From assembly GCF_009914755.1 (NCBI RefSeq), contig NC_060935.1: 64,000 bases of DNA. One strand, given 5' to 3'. The position numbers and the translations under genes were made by a program. Source of the DNA: the human T2T-CHM13v2.0 reference genome, Homo sapiens. A model generated the notes under the pieces. That model was not told the origin of the DNA. It saw nothing but the letters and a program-made list of their open reading frames with translations, and searched no databases. This document shows positions 33,401 through 49,954 of this stretch, piece by piece (positions within the stretch are counted from its first letter, which is position 1; every line of letters starts with the position of its first letter).

Positions 33401-35064
33401 AGTTTCACTGTTGGTACATAAATTGAGTTTAATAGATGCAAGTAAATACCAGATTGAAGCAGCACCTTGTCATTTTCTCACTTTGAAGTTGCAAGTGATA
33501 TGGAAATAAAACCTTGATGGTGTCATTTTCTCTGTCTGCAGAAAGCTTCAGCACAGCAAAACTGAAATGAGGCAAACCCAAATGAGGTCCTTTAAGCCTC
33601 ATTTTTGTTTTTCTGTAGCTCTGGTATTTGGATTGATGTTTGGAAACTTGAAAATGTTGCTTTTTTTTCTTCATTGTAGCCATTTTGTCATCTTAATACT
33701 AGAATTTTAAAGGCAGTACTAGTTCATGTTTTAATCGTGAGGGAGACTTAAGATAGCATTTGAGTTTGATTCTCAAAATTTTCTCCTACTTCATTACGAG
33801 AAAATTATTGTTTGATGACTAGTGAAGTTTTAAAATCCTAACTATTCTTTACCCAGTAATCCTTAGAGTAACTGGTTTGTGCTTTGCTCTTAGGTATTTA
33901 TAGAATATCGTGAAGGAGGTGTGTGATGCAAATGTTGCCTGCTGGCACCACCTGTGTTTCTTTTACTACTGTGGTGTATGCATTTGTATCTAAATAGTAA
34001 GACCAATGTATCACAAAATATTAGAATCCCCTAAGAGAGTACAAGCTGAAGAAAGATTTTAAAAGGAAATTTTACAGTTGGAAAAATAGTCATTTCTTAG
34101 TTATGGGAGTATAAAGAAAGGATCATGTAAGTAAGTGTTAACACTTTTTGTTGTTCTGAATCCTGCTAAGCCTTTGATGTTAGCCTTGATTAACAGATGC
34201 TGGGAAGTTGCAGAGCAGAGTACTGAAGAGGGTAAGCTCATCAGAAAACAAGCTCAAAAAGATCTATAGGAAGACTCCCGGAGTTTTACGCAAGTAATAA
34301 GATGTGTATATGTAGGATTAAATGCACAAGGTCAGGCAAAGTAGTTGGAGCAAATGTGTACCAAGGAGTTCTCAGTTCACACAGGGCTGCAAGGGGTTCA
34401 CGTTTCTAGCTTAAGGCTGTCTAGATCCTCCTTAACAAATCTTAAAAACAAGCCTTGAAGGGAAAAGAACTAAGCTGCAAGTAACTTAGTAGCCACAAAG
34501 GAAAACAAAATGGATACATTCAACCAAACAATGGGTGCAGGAAAATGTCTGATAGGAACAGACCCAGAAGTGATGAAATTAGCAGACAAGCATGTTGAAA
34601 AAAATGTTATAACTATGCTTATGTGAACATAGCGAAGAGAATATAAGAAGACATTTAAAGTGAAAATGTCATTTGATGGAATTAATGGCAGAAGAAAAGA
34701 TCAGTGAACTTGAATACATAGCAATAAAATGTATCCAAAATAAAGCAAGGAGAGAAGAAACATATTTAAAATAAAAATGAACATATCCACAGTAGCTTAT
34801 GGGGAAATACCAAGCACTCTAGCCTAGTCCTTGGAAGAAGCTGAGGGAGGAATAGGGTAAGGTGAGGCAATGCAACAGGAAGTATATTTGATACAAGCTA
34901 CACATCGAAGAAACTCAATTAACCCGAAGAAGGATAAGCTCAAAACACCAAAACATGCCAAACTAACAGTGATAACTTTTTAAAATTTTAACATAAGCCA
35001 GAGTAAAATGAAACATCATGTAGAGAAGAACAAAGAAATAACCTTAGAATATTCATCAAAAACT

Positions 35065-35359
35065 GGCCGGGCGTGATTGCTCATGCCTGTAATCCTAGCA
35101 CTTTGAGAGGCCGAGGCAGGCAGATTGCCTGAGCTCAGGAGTTCGAGACAGGCCTGGGCAACATGGCGAAATCCCATCTCTACTCAAAATACAAAAAATT
35201 AGCTGGACGTGGTAGCACGCACCTGTAATCCCGGCTATTCGGGAGGCCGAGGCACAAGAATTGTTTCAACCCAGGAGGCAGAGGTTGCAGTGAGCTGAGA
35301 TTGCACCACTGCATTCCAGCCTGGGCAACAGAGCAAGACTCTGTCTAGAAGGAAAAAAA
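35065..35359 (+). mobile_element. AluS with a 19-bp perfect TSD
   Basis: agaatattcatcaaaaact at 35046-35064 and 35360-35378. Confidence 0.96.
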
Positions 35360-35957
35360 AGAATATTCATCAAAAACTGTGTAGGAAAGATGATTAATTG
35401 AATGACATTTTGAAGTATTGAAACTGGCAACCTAGATTCTGCATCTACAAGAAATATGTTCTTTAATGAAACTAAATGAAGACTTTTTCAGGAGAAAAAT
35501 GCTGAACAAATTTATTTTCAGCAGACTGGAAACATAAGACATGTATTAAAGTAAGTTCAAGAGGAAACAAAATGTCACCAAATGGAAACTTGGATCTTAA
35601 CAAAGCAGTGGAAAATGCCAGAAATGGTAAATGTGTGATCACATTAAAAAGCTTTATTTTTTCATTTCTTAATTTCTTAAATGATCATTGACTAAAGCAA
35701 AATAATGTTTTTAGGCTTAAAACATATGGAGAAGTAAAATATATGGCAATGATAACCAAGGAAATTAATGATAAAATAGAAATATTTAATGTATTGTAAA
35801 GTTTTTACACTGTATGTGAAGCAGTTAAGTATGTACATTGTAAACCCTAAAGCAACAGCTAATGAATTTAAAATTAAACCACAAACTATAGCTAATAATT
35901 TACTGGTGGAGACAGAATGGAATCCTGAAAAAAGTACCCAATTCAAAAGAAGATAGG

Positions 35958-36255
35958 GGCCAGGCGTGGTGGTTCATGCCTGTAATCCCAGCACATTGGG
36001 AGGCCAAGGCAGCAGGATCGCTGAGGCCAAGAGTTTGAGACCAGCCTGGGGAACAAAGCAAGACCCTGTCTCTAAAGAAAAAAAAATTTTTTTAATTAGC
36101 CAAGTGTGGTGGCACATAACTGTAGTCTGAGCTACACAGGAGGCTGAGGCAGGAGGATTGCTTAAGCCCAGGAGGTCCAGGCTGTGGTGAGCTATGATTG
36201 CATTACTATACTTCAGCCTGGGTGCAGAGCAAGGTCCTATTTCTAAAAAAAAATT
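35958..36255 (+). mobile_element. AluJ
   Basis: Forward dimer with J-type features (ggaggattgcttaagcccagg, gctatgattgc). Confidence 0.92.
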
Positions 36256-39200
36256 AAATTTTTTTAAAGAAGAAGATGGGGAAAAGGACACAAACAGGTG
36301 AACAAATAGAAAACAAATGGTGAGATGATAGACTTAAATTCACGCTTAAATAGACTGATAATTACATTAAACATAAAGGATCTGGAAAATGCCAATTAAA
36401 AGGCAGAAATAGACTGAATAAAACTAAATGCTGCCTCCAGGAAACACACTTTAAATATAAAGGCACTGAAATTCCGGTCCCAGGTAATGTGATAACAGCA
36501 CATTCTATCCAATTTTTCCCGCCAAATGTAGCTATAAAACCAGAGTATATGGAGCAGCCATCAAGATCTCTGAAAAGTAATAGCAAATAATTGGGAGGAG
36601 AAGACCGGAATTCTAAGTACCAGCAAACTTGTGGTAAATTTATGTTTTCTTCCAATATCCCCCAGCCTGGAATCCAGATAGCCTGAAACCTAGGCAGGGA
36701 TCAGCACAGACAGCGAGAGCTCCTGGAGGAGCAATGAATGATTGAACTTGTGATTTAAAAAACAATACCATTTACAGCAGCATCAAGAAAAATTAAAACC
36801 TTAGGAATAAATTTAACAAAATATATGCAAAACTTGTATATTTAAAACTATAGAACATTGCTCAGAGAAATTAAAGAAAACTTAAATAATGGAGAGATAT
36901 ACTCTGAATTGGAACACTTAATACTGTTACAGTGTTACTTCTTCATAGAAGAATTTCCTTTATTAATTCAGTGCAATCTCAGTCAAAATCTCAGTTTTGT
37001 AGAAATTAATGGGCTAATTCTAAAAGTTATATAGAAATCAAAAGCCTAGAATAACCAAAATAATTGAGAAAGAACTACATTGGAATCTTTATGCTGTGTT
37101 ATTTCTAAACTTACCAAAAGGTTATATTAATCTAGGCAGTATAGTAGTGGTGTTTATTGTAGCCATGTAAGTCAGTATAACAAATAATCCAGAAATAGAC
37201 CTGCTCTTGTATAATTAAATTTTTACAAAGGGGCAGTGTTGATTAATGGGGAAAGGGTGATCTTTTGAAATGGTGCTAGAACAAGTAAATATTTGTTTGA
37301 GAAAATCATTCTTCACACCATATCCAAAAACTAACATACATAAAAACTAAGTGGATCATAGATACAAATCTAAAAGCTTAGACTGTAAAACTTCTGGAAG
37401 AAATAATATTTGAGACTTTGGAGTGGTTTATGAAACTAAGATAGTGGCAACATTCGAACACATTTTATGTAAGTAACACCGTAAAGTTAGTTTTAAACTT
37501 CTCACTGGACAGTCAATATCTTCAGGATAAAATACAAACTCCTATGTCCCTTTGCAGTCTGACTCTGGTTTTTCATCATTTCCAACCCCATCCTTTCACA
37601 ACCCCAGGTAAGCTCATGTACTCCAGTTGTACAGATTGCTCATTTTTAAGCTAACTTTTATTTTTCTTGCTTTTGTCCAAGATGTTTTTCTACCTAGAAG
37701 GTTGTTTTGACCTCTTTCACTTGATAAATTCCAATTTACCCTTCATGACATAGCTAATTTCTGTAAAATTTAAATGTCTTCAGAGCTAATTGTTCCCTTT
37801 CTTGATTCCCCAGATAAATTCATATACACATTTGTTACAACATCTTAGTGTACTGGAGTTCTAATAGAAGTTCAACATCTTAGTGTGCCTCCCTCATTCC
37901 TTCTTGATGTGATGTAGTATTTGACATACTGTGCTGAATAAATGAATAAGTACAATAATATATATTGTCATTGAAATCCAATTTTCGCCATCACCTTGGG
38001 TAACACTATGCCAAGGTCATCTAGTGTCCATATTTGGATGGCCAATTTTGCCAACTCTGGTGTTACCAGAAATTTCATCATACTATTGCACTTGAGCAGG
38101 TTAATATTCAAACTTACCTTGGTGTGGCTGAAAAAGAGTTCTCTATAGTTATATTGAAACTAAAAGTAGCTTTTGACCCAATGTACTATAAGATTTTTAG
38201 ATAAAAATAAATGAAGCTATGAGTCTAGTTTGGAAAAATTACTGTATGTAAAGCTTATTTTAGTGTCCAGAAGGTAATATGACAAGATAAGTAAAATATT
38301 GTAAATGGAACTATAGAGTTATTTTGCCTAGATGAGGACACTTAAAGTTTGAATTCAGGGTGGGTTTTCCCTTTACAATTCATGTACAGTTTTATTGTAC
38401 AAACTTTTATTGTAAGTAAATATGGCAGTACTTTAAAATTCAAATCTTTTTAATGTGATTTGGCTTTGAAAATATAAAATCAGGCTATTTCTCTTTATTT
38501 ATCCATACAGTACATAGTAAGCTTTTATATGATAGATAATCTGGGATTTTTTTCTTTCATTTTTAAACTCTAAGCTTTGACAACAATTAATAATGATTTG
38601 TTGTGTTTTTCTTTCCTTTTTCTGGGGAAATGAAGTTTCATTGCTCCGGAAGAAATTAATTCTAAAAAATACACTGTAACAATTAAAATGAAGTCAATTT
38701 TGTTCTTGAACTACGGCACTGCTTTGTGGTATACTAACAGCCGTCTGCTGATGATAAAAAACAAGTCCATGCGGCTCAGCTCCAGAGTGTTCCTTCCAGC
38801 TCTCACCACAGTGCACACACTTAACAACATCAGTCATTTTATATCTATTTGACACTGATTAATTACTCTGATTCATTCTGGTATTATAGCCACTGCCTTG
38901 GCACTTTAGTTAGGTCTGAACAATTGAAGGGAGATCAGCAGTGTGAATTATGTATTTATTACTGTGACCCTTCATGCTACTTAATTAACTTAAATGATTG
39001 TGTGTGCACCCTCATCTTTGAAATATGATTATGGAAAAGATTTACCTGTATTTCATTTTAAGAAGTGAAAATCATGGTTATCAGCATCAGCTTATATATA
39101 TGACATTATGTTAATTTTTCAGCTGCTATATTGATGCTTAGCATTTTTTCTTTTGTGAAAAATTAACAAATATCCATTACTAATTCATTTTGACTGGGGT

Positions 39201-41303
39201 TTTTTATTTCTAAACTGAGGAATGCATAGAACTCTTATAGGTACATCCTTTGATCCTGAAATGAAGATGATAACCAGATTTATAAGCACTATGGAACATT
39301 TCTATTTTGACTTGCACTAAGGATTGAATAGGACTTCTATAAACAAGACAGCTTACATATTTTTAACACTCAAAAGGCAATGTAAATGAAAGAGCAGCAA
39401 CCATCAGAACAAATGTACAAAAATGAAATATTTACTAGCAATACCTCATATGCTTCAATGAGAAAAGAAGTAAGGTAAATGCACCAGATTTTTTAGATGG
39501 TAGTTAAATAAATAGTACTTATCTCCTCTGATTTGAAATACAAATCAGAGCAATCACGTTTTGGTTGTTGTTTTTCATTTACTCTTTTGTTGATGAAGAT
39601 GGCAGGAATGTAACACTGGAATATATTTCATACCTTTTATGAAGGAATTATACTTCTGATAATCCATCCTAAAGAATCAATTCAAAATTCAGACTTAAAA
39701 AAATACTTGTTACACAAAGACACTGCTTTAATTTGCTTTTCTTTCTTTAAACTATCTTGCTTTATAGAATTTTTTTTCATTTTTTATAGTCACATCTGTC
39801 AACCTTTTGCTTTTGGTGTCTGGCTTTGGTTTCATCCTTTAAAAGATTATATTACTACTTTTGTACAATGTATTGAATCCTTTCCTCAGTGACTTAAAAT
39901 GCTCCACTTACTATGTACTGAGTCTTCATAATTGATCTTATTTCTCTCATTTGTCTGTGTTTATTCCTAGGCACCACATTTTTAAACAAATAATTTACAT
40001 ATAATCAAAATTCACACATTTTGATTGTACAGCTCATTGAGTTTTGAAAATTACATATACCACTGTGGAAATATAGATTATTTCCATCACTCCAAAAAGT
40101 TTCTTCTGCAATTCCCTGTATGGTCAGTCCCCAACCGTGATTCCCAGACCAAGACAGTCACTGATATGCTTTGTCATTATATGTTAGTATTACCTTTTTA
40201 GAATTTTTATCAATGGAATTATACAGCATGTACTCTAGCTTTCTTGGCATTTTTTTTTTTTGAGATTCGTCTATCATTAGGTTGTTCCTTTTTATTGCCA
40301 AGTAATATTCCTTTGGCTATGCCACAGTTTACTTAGGTATTCACCTGCTGCTAGACTTTTGTATTGCTTTCAGTTAGGGGCCATTAAGAATAAAGTTGCT
40401 ATGAATATTCATGTAAAAGTCTTGGTGCAGACAGATGTTTTCATTTCTCTTGGGTAAGTACCTAGAAGTGGAATTACTGGGTCTTATGGTAAGTGTATAT
40501 TTAACTTTATAAGAAACTGGCAAATTTTTTAAAAATGACTATGCTATCTAACATCCCTAGGGCTAACACCATTGTGAATTCAGTTGTTCCACATCATTTT
40601 TAACACTTATAAAAAAGATGCAGTATTTTAAGCCGTTTTGAGTATGTAGTTATAGCTGTGCTTGTAGTTTTCATTTGCCTGATGTGATGTTGGGCATTGT
40701 TTCATATGTGTATTGGCCATTTTTATATCTTCTTGTGAGATTTCTGCTCAGATATTTTGCTTGATTTCAAATTGGGTGGTCATCTAATTGAGTTAAATTT
40801 AAAAGTTAATAATAGTTCATCTTTTCCCAAATGTATATTCACTTGCTCCATCATCATTTCTTAAAAAGACTATCCTTTTCCGATTTAATCGCCTTGGCTC
40901 CCTTGTCAAAAATTAATTGACCATATGCATATAGATCTACTTCTGAGCTCTCATTTTCCCCCAGGGATCTGTATGTCTGTCCTTGTGCCTTTAAGACAGT
41001 CTTTATAAGATTGAAAAAGAACAAAATGGCAAGATTTACACAAACAGTTGTTTTGGCTATTCTAGGTCCTTTATATTGCCATATAAATTTTAAAATCAGC
41101 TCATTAATTTCTGGCCTAAGAAAGCCTGTTAGGATTTTGACTGGGATTTTGTTAAATCAATAGATTAGGGAAAATTGACATCTTAACAACATTGAGTCTT
41201 TCACTCACGAGAGAGTGGGTCTCTCCATTTATGTGGACCATCTTTAAAGTTGTTTTGTAGTTTATGTAAGTCAGACATATATTGTTACATTTATCTCAAG
41301 TAT

Positions 41304-41363
<60 letters not shown>
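41304..41363. repeat. Compound microsatellite (TG)12(AG)18 in the tail position of a minus-strand Alu
   Basis: Read directly from the sequence. Confidence 0.95.
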
Positions 41364-41369
<6 letters not shown>

Positions 41370-41371
41370 CG

Positions 41372-41686
<315 letters not shown>

Positions 41687-42584
41687 TAAATTCTTCATTG
41701 CTAGTACGTAGAAATAGAATTTTTATACCTTGATCCTAAATCATAAGACCTTGCTTAAACTTCAATAAATAGTTCTAGTAGCCTTCTTTGCATATAGCTT
41801 CAGGATTTTCTATGTATAAAACCAGGTAGTATGCAAATGAAAACTTTAATTCCCCCTCCCCCAGTCTGTATCCTTTTTCCCTCCACACTTTAATGTCCTG
41901 ACTAGGACATCTAATAGAATACTTACTTTATGTTGGGTCTCTGGAGGTCATTTTGTTATTTTTGAATCTCAAGTGTCCATTATCTGTCTTTTCATATGTG
42001 AACTACTTTATACCAGCAACTAAATTAAGTAATTTGTATAAGACATACTGCTTGTAAGTAAAAAGGAACTAACAAGCCACTGTGTTGTAAAAATCAAGTT
42101 TGTTGATTCAGTGTTGGCAATTCAATAACAGTAAGTTAAACCCAATAACCAAGTTGGCAATTACTATTCTCTGTCATGTATTTACAAAAACATTGTCAGT
42201 TTATCATAATGTGGCTGTTCGTTCCCAGTTTTGGTGTCAATAAATAACTTAAATAGAAGTTTTTAAATGTTGATTTAAAAAGAAGCAAATAAAATAGCCA
42301 AAATAGAAAAGTCAAAATAGGAAAATCTTAAATGTGTTCAATATACTAATGATCTTTTATTTCTTCCTTAGGTTAATGCCTTAGATAAGAAAACGTGTAT
42401 CATTGTTCATTAGTTATTATAGAATAATAGTTACATCAACTTACATATCAATTGTGTTTATAAACAAGTAAATATTTTTACCAAAAAAAAAAACAAAACC
42501 CACGGGGCGGTAAAATTTAGGTCTATTTCTTATTCATTATAGTATATTTAAAGCTATAATCATCATTTTTTTAGATAGAGATAG

Positions 42585-42830
42585 GGAAGCACCAGAGTAT
42601 AGTTGAGGAACTTGGGTTCTGGAATCAAACTGCCTTGCTGAAAATCCTAGTTCTTTCACTAGCTGGCAGATGACCTTGGGCAAATTACTTACCTTTTCTG
42701 AACTTCATCTGTGAGTAAGGAAAATGCGCTTACCTCATAGCAATATTTTGTGACCATTAAGTGAGATAAATCATGTAAAGACCTTAGAGTAGAGCCTAGC
42801 ACAAAGTAAGTGTTGAATAAATATAAGCAT
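42585..42830 (+). mobile_element. MIR
   Basis: ggaatcaaactgcc...tgaccttgggcaaattactt...catctgt...ttaagtgagataa. Confidence 0.8.
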
Positions 42831-44105
42831 AAATTATCTAATGATTATCCTGAACTCCATAAAGTTTGTAGAACTATCTGACTGGTAATCTTTATTATGT
42901 CCACTATTGGTGAACATGTCATATGAGATAGTTTTATATCATTTTCTTAATATAGAGGAATAGGTCAGATATAAAAGCTAAAGCCAAATATACACATTAA
43001 CATATATACCTACACAAAAATTGTTATATTTTGTTGAATGGATTGCACCTTGGGCCACATTATTTCTTCTATTATTTAACTCCTTAATTATGTGTTAAAC
43101 TGTGAGTCTCACCTTTTTTGCAAAGATGTAGAGAAGGTATCAGTAATGGAATCTTTATATTCTGAAAATAAATATAACAGGTGGTTATGTTTTACTTGTG
43201 TTATTTCACTACCATCTTGAAAAGCATTCAGATAATTTTCCTTGAATATGGGGAATTTGTATTTTTTTAAATACGATATTCATTCAGTACTTCAATAGTT
43301 TTATGTAGATTTCCTTGGTCATTATATGGAGCCTCATTGTGTCCATGCAGATGCTAAAGCTATTCCTGACACTGTTTGGTGTTATCTTAATATTATTTAA
43401 GCAAAGAATGGTGATCAACTACAACTTAGCAATTTGTTACTTTTTAAACAGCTCTTTAAAATAAATGAAAAATTAAATGAGAAGTATTTATAATTAGAAA
43501 AGTACATAGATAAAAATTTGGAACCTACAGAATTTAGGAAATCAGCCTTTGCACAGGTAAGTAATTTTTGTGTGTTCACTGTTTCACATGGGTACATTGT
43601 TTCCCTTTTACAGCACCAGTGCATCAATGGCCAATGGCTTTGTCATGTGCCTCTACATTTTCCCAGCTATAATTTTCAGTTCCTCAAAATGCCATTCCTG
43701 AAGGTTCTGTGTATGTGTTTTCCTTAAATACCATTACATGTACATCCCTTAAGCCTGGTTCTCCATGACTTCAGCCCTGGCATTGGGTAATTCATTAATT
43801 CTTGTGAAACCTTGCCTTTAACTGCCTTCCAACCATCCCCAGTGCTCACCTCCAGCACACTTTAGACACATGCCTATTGTGTAATTGTTAGTATAGCTTT
43901 TTTCTTCACCCTGATCACAAACTCTTTGAGGGCAGGGACCATATCTTTTTTCTAGATGCCCAGAACCCACCATAGGGCCTCATATTTAGAAGTTCAGTAA
44001 AATGCTTCCATTGACCCTTTATGACCACAATAGTTTTACTCACTTTCACAAGGATTTGACACTGTGGTATGTAGTTCTCGCTTCATTCAAAAATTAATGA
44101 AACAG

Positions 44106-44778
<673 letters not shown>

Positions 44779-44880
44779 GAATATTAACTTTAAATAAAGT
44801 TTAAAAAGTGGGAAAACATCACAATAAAAAGAAGTGCTAGTTATACATTGTTTACTTTTCTGCTACACTGTATTCCTTGA

Positions 44881-45021
<141 letters not shown>

Positions 45022-45930
45022 AACAGCCATAAAAGCACACTACCTTGTAGTTTTTAATGTGGGGGTAGAGTGGGTCAGCAGGAGGGAGCTGGTTTTATGT
45101 GAGCAGATGGATGGATGATGGACCCTTTCCTAATGAGCCTCCTCAATAAGAGAGAAGTTCTCATTGTGGGAATCTGACATAGTTCAGCTGAGGAAGAGAA
45201 TCAGCTGATCCTCATGGTCTGCCACGTAATCATTTTCTTAGACGTTTGCTCCACCAGATTTAACCAAATGTAACTCCCACATTGAGTTTATCTATATTGA
45301 AAATCATTTACATTGGCCTATATTTGGAAGAGAGATAGTCTTTTGTTTTTAATAAGTTTCTTACTATAAATTTTAAACAAATTGGTTAGTTATTTGGATA
45401 TTTTATTAAACTAGTAACACAGGTACTACACATTTTATTATGGACTCCTCTGAGGAGGAGTTTTTAATTGTATTTGCTAGAAAATCAGGATGTAATAAAG
45501 ATTTGTATAAAAAAACTAAAATATGGAAAAGAGCTTCAGCCTTCATATACAAATCATATATGCAGACAGCCTAGTTGATTATCTAGCATACTTAGGGTTC
45601 TCATTTTGTAGTTTCTTCCCTCTTTGTGACTATTCCTTAGCCTTATAGATTTCTAGTACTGCCCAGGAAATCTAATTTCAATACATTTATCCTAGGTTTC
45701 ATGAAAGTTTTTAAAGATTGGGATAAATATGTACTTATTTACTAACGTATTATCTTTTTCAAACCAGATTTATGTGCAAAGGTTAAACATGTAACTGTTA
45801 CTAAGCAGTCTATAAAGTTGTCATTTACAATTACTGATTCAATTTGAAATGTAGAATAAAATTTTAATAAAATGTATCCTTATAAAATATTTTAAAAATA
45901 TTGATATTATAAAAGTTTTCAATAAAATAT
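45022..45930 (+). terminator. PRMT3: PRMT3 3'UTR with clustered polyadenylation signals
   Basis: AATAAA at 45494, 45855, 45866 and 45921; ATTAAA at 45405; several TGTA (CFIm) elements upstream; repeat-free until the Alu at 45959. The exact cleavage site cannot be read from sequence. Confidence 0.75.
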
Positions 45931-45958
45931 ATCAAACAACATTATAAAATATTTCAAC

Positions 45959-46520
<562 letters not shown>

Positions 46521-46709
46521 GCCTCATCATTCATTTATTCACTCATAAATAGATAAGTTTCAACATACTAAGGCCTTTTGTAAAATCAGAAGCATTTAAA
46601 ACAAGTCTTAACAAAGGGATTATTTTTAAGAAAATAAGGCTTTTAAGGAGAGGCATTCCACATGCCTCTTTTAAGTTCAGCAGTTGGTTCTTTGTCAAAA
46701 CAAGACATA

Positions 46710-46930
46710 TACGAGGCAGCTTAGCATAGTGTTGACAAGCATGGAGCATAGTATTGAGAAGCATGATAGCTATGGAGTCAGTGCCTAGGTTCAAATCCTA
46801 GCTCCAGCTCTTACTTGCTGTATGATCTTAGTAGCTTTCCTTAACTTCTGTCTCCCTCCATGAACGTGCCAATTTATGAATTAATAAAGAATTTAGATCA
46901 GTACCTGGCACATAGAAAACTATTAGGTGA
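46710..46930 (+). mobile_element. MIR
   Basis: tggagtcagtgcctaggttcaaatcctagctc...cagtacctggcacatag. Confidence 0.75.
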
Positions 46931-48587
46931 TAGAATCATCATTATCCATTCAAGGACTCCCAAAGAATATATGGCACCTACATTAGATCAGTTTAAGAAT
47001 TGTCACATTCATCGGATAGTAATTATTGCCCTAGTACATGAATGCGTGAGAAAATTATGATGGGCATTAATATTTAAAGTGGCAAAATCTGTTTCAACAA
47101 GAAATTGTCTTTGGTCTCAGAAAACTGGCCTAGCAATGAGGAGGAAAAACCTCTTCAAATGTTGGTTTTAAGACCATAGTCTTTAGTCTTCCTTCACAAA
47201 CATGATTCGCTTTCATTGGGCTAAACCAGTCAGCTTGTTTTCACTATGGATTTGAATTCAGACCATTACTAGAAATGTATGGTGCTGATAATACAGTTTA
47301 AACTACTTGCAATTTTGTCTTGAATGGCTTCCTACACAAATTTGAGGTTAGGGTGATAAATAAGGAGGCCAAAAAGAAGATTTAATGAATTTTTAAAGTA
47401 ACCAAAAACTATCGGATTTTTTGTTTTCTCTCTCATTGTAAGTGCATATTAAATATTTCCTATTGTATAAACTTCTTAATTATTTCTCTTCAGAACTCTT
47501 GTTAGGTTTCCATCAGATTTGCACCTGGTGACACTTTATTCTCTTCAGGTTATTACTAGCCCAGCTGCAGTTAGTGGATCTTTGTTTGTTTCAATTAGCC
47601 TTCCAAGGCCAGGACATTCTTATTTGTGTACCCAAGCATTTTATGAGAACATAAGTGTCCAAATGTTAGCTCTTCAATTAGAATTTCCACCTTCAAATTG
47701 CTGTAAAAAATAAGTACTTTGTACCCCTTGACAATGATAAATACACTATGCTTTTATGTTGTGACAGATGGGCATCTATAGATACCAGTTTACTCTGTTT
47801 CAGGGATTTTATTTCCATTAAGAAAACACATTTTTCCTCTACCTTTCTTTGTGATATTGTGTATTGTAATGTGTGGGGCTCATCTCAATATGATGGTCAT
47901 CTATAGCGAAACAGTGTGGTCTGAAGATAGCACTTCAGAAGGAATGTTCCAAGGAAACAGACCTCTCAAGTGTGTACAGAATGGTCCAATAAGTAGCCAT
48001 AATGGCTATAGAGCACACTCCGTGATTAATCAGGCAGCTGTTTAACTTTGAAACAATCCCTGTTTGGGTTAGGGAGGAGTGAGAAGTCTGGTCCTACAGA
48101 GTTTTTTGTTGTTGTTTTTTAAATCACTTAATGTGGATTAATCAGTGTAGTCCACCTGTGTCCTTCAGCATTCTACCTCACTTTTTATGATGATGTAAAA
48201 TATAACGTGTGATATTATGGACTTGAGATCAGTCCATAGGAGTCTTACCAGACATGCTCTCAAGCTTTCAACAGGAGAAATTAAAACAATATGATATGCC
48301 ACTTTGCTTTTAGTGACTGTGCCAAAAATCATAATTTAAGCTGCTGGGCTGTAACATGTACCCAAAATATCGAGGTATTCAGATTTTTCTGTGTAGCAGA
48401 ATAACAAAAACATGTCAGGTTTGCAACACTGTCATAGAGTTTCAGCCACACTTTAAATTATTTGCAAAAACAAATAGTATAAATAGTATAGCATAAAGTT
48501 TTTAAACTATTTCACTCCTTCGAGAGAAACTAACTTGTGGTGAAAGACCAGATAGGTGAGATACCCAAGGTCAAGCCCTGTCCAATG

Positions 48588-48808
48588 CAGGGTTAGCAAA
48601 CTGCAGCCCCGGGGCCAAACCCACCTGCCCCCTGTTTTGGGAAATAAAATTTTATTGAACACAGCCACACTTAATTCATTTTTATACTATCTGTAGCTGC
48701 TTTTGTACTATCATGGCAGAGTTGAGTAACTGTGACAGACTGTGTGGCCCACAAGGCTGAAAATACTTAACCAGCTGTCCCTTTACAGAGAAAGTTTTCC
48801 AACTCCTG
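48588..48808. mobile_element. MER58A-type hAT MITE
   Basis: cagggttagcaaact...ttttccaactcctg TIRs; tggcagagttgagtaactgtgacaga core. Confidence 0.8.
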
Positions 48809-48909
48809 GCCCTGTAAGGCTTGTAGTGATAGCAAGGTACATATTTGCTCTTACAGCTGAGAGTGAGGTGATGATAATAGAGAAGTCAATTCTGAGTCAA
48901 ACAAATTTA

Positions 48910-49241
<332 letters not shown>

Positions 49242-49646
49242 CTACTCAGATGAAGTAATAAATTTGTTTTTAGTTGCAGCCAAGAAAGAACAGCTACCTT
49301 TTGGAGCAGAGATGACTAATACCATATATAAAGTATTTCTTCACATAACTCATTAATGGTCATGGCAGAGAAGATATAAATGCACAACAGAACACATAGA
49401 TTTTAAGAACTATTTTTTTTAATGTGGAGCTAAGCAACTGGATATATTACTCCATTTATGAACACAGGATTGATTAAACCTAAATTGCTAAAAAAGATAC
49501 AGCATTTACATACATGAAACTGATGTTTTGAGTTGTAACAATTAGTGCCTTGTATAAAGGGAATTAGTAAAACTGAAACCTTGTAGCTGATTGTCAACTC
49601 CATTTTAAAAGTTTTAATTAGACCAGAAGAAATCTGCAAACAGAAC

Positions 49647-49954
49647 TTTTGTTTGCTTGTGGTTTTGTTTTGAAATAGGGTCTCACTCTGTCACCCAGGC
49701 TGGAGTACAGTGGCGCTATCTCGGCCCACTGCATCCTTGACCTCCCAGGGCTCAGTTGATCCTCCCACCTCAGCCTCCCTAATAGCTGGGACTACAGGCA
49801 CATGCCACCACACCTGGGTAATTTTTCTATTTTTTATAGAGATGGGGCTTCACCGCGTTGCCCAGGCTGGCCTCCAACTCCAAAGCTCAAGGGATCTGCC
49901 CACCTCAGCCTCCCAAAGTGCTGGGATTGCAGGTGTGAGCCAGCGCTCCCAGCC
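49647..49954 (-). mobile_element. AluJ
   Basis: Reverse dimer; TSD aaacagaac. Confidence 0.93.

Larger units (their letters stand above)
34200..37420 (+). mobile_element. Decayed L1M (ORF1 and ORF2 remnants) carrying two Alus
   Basis: gaagaaaagatcagtgaacttgaa (ORF1); ataccatttacagcagcatcaa, ttaggaataaatttaacaaa (ORF2). Confidence 0.75.
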
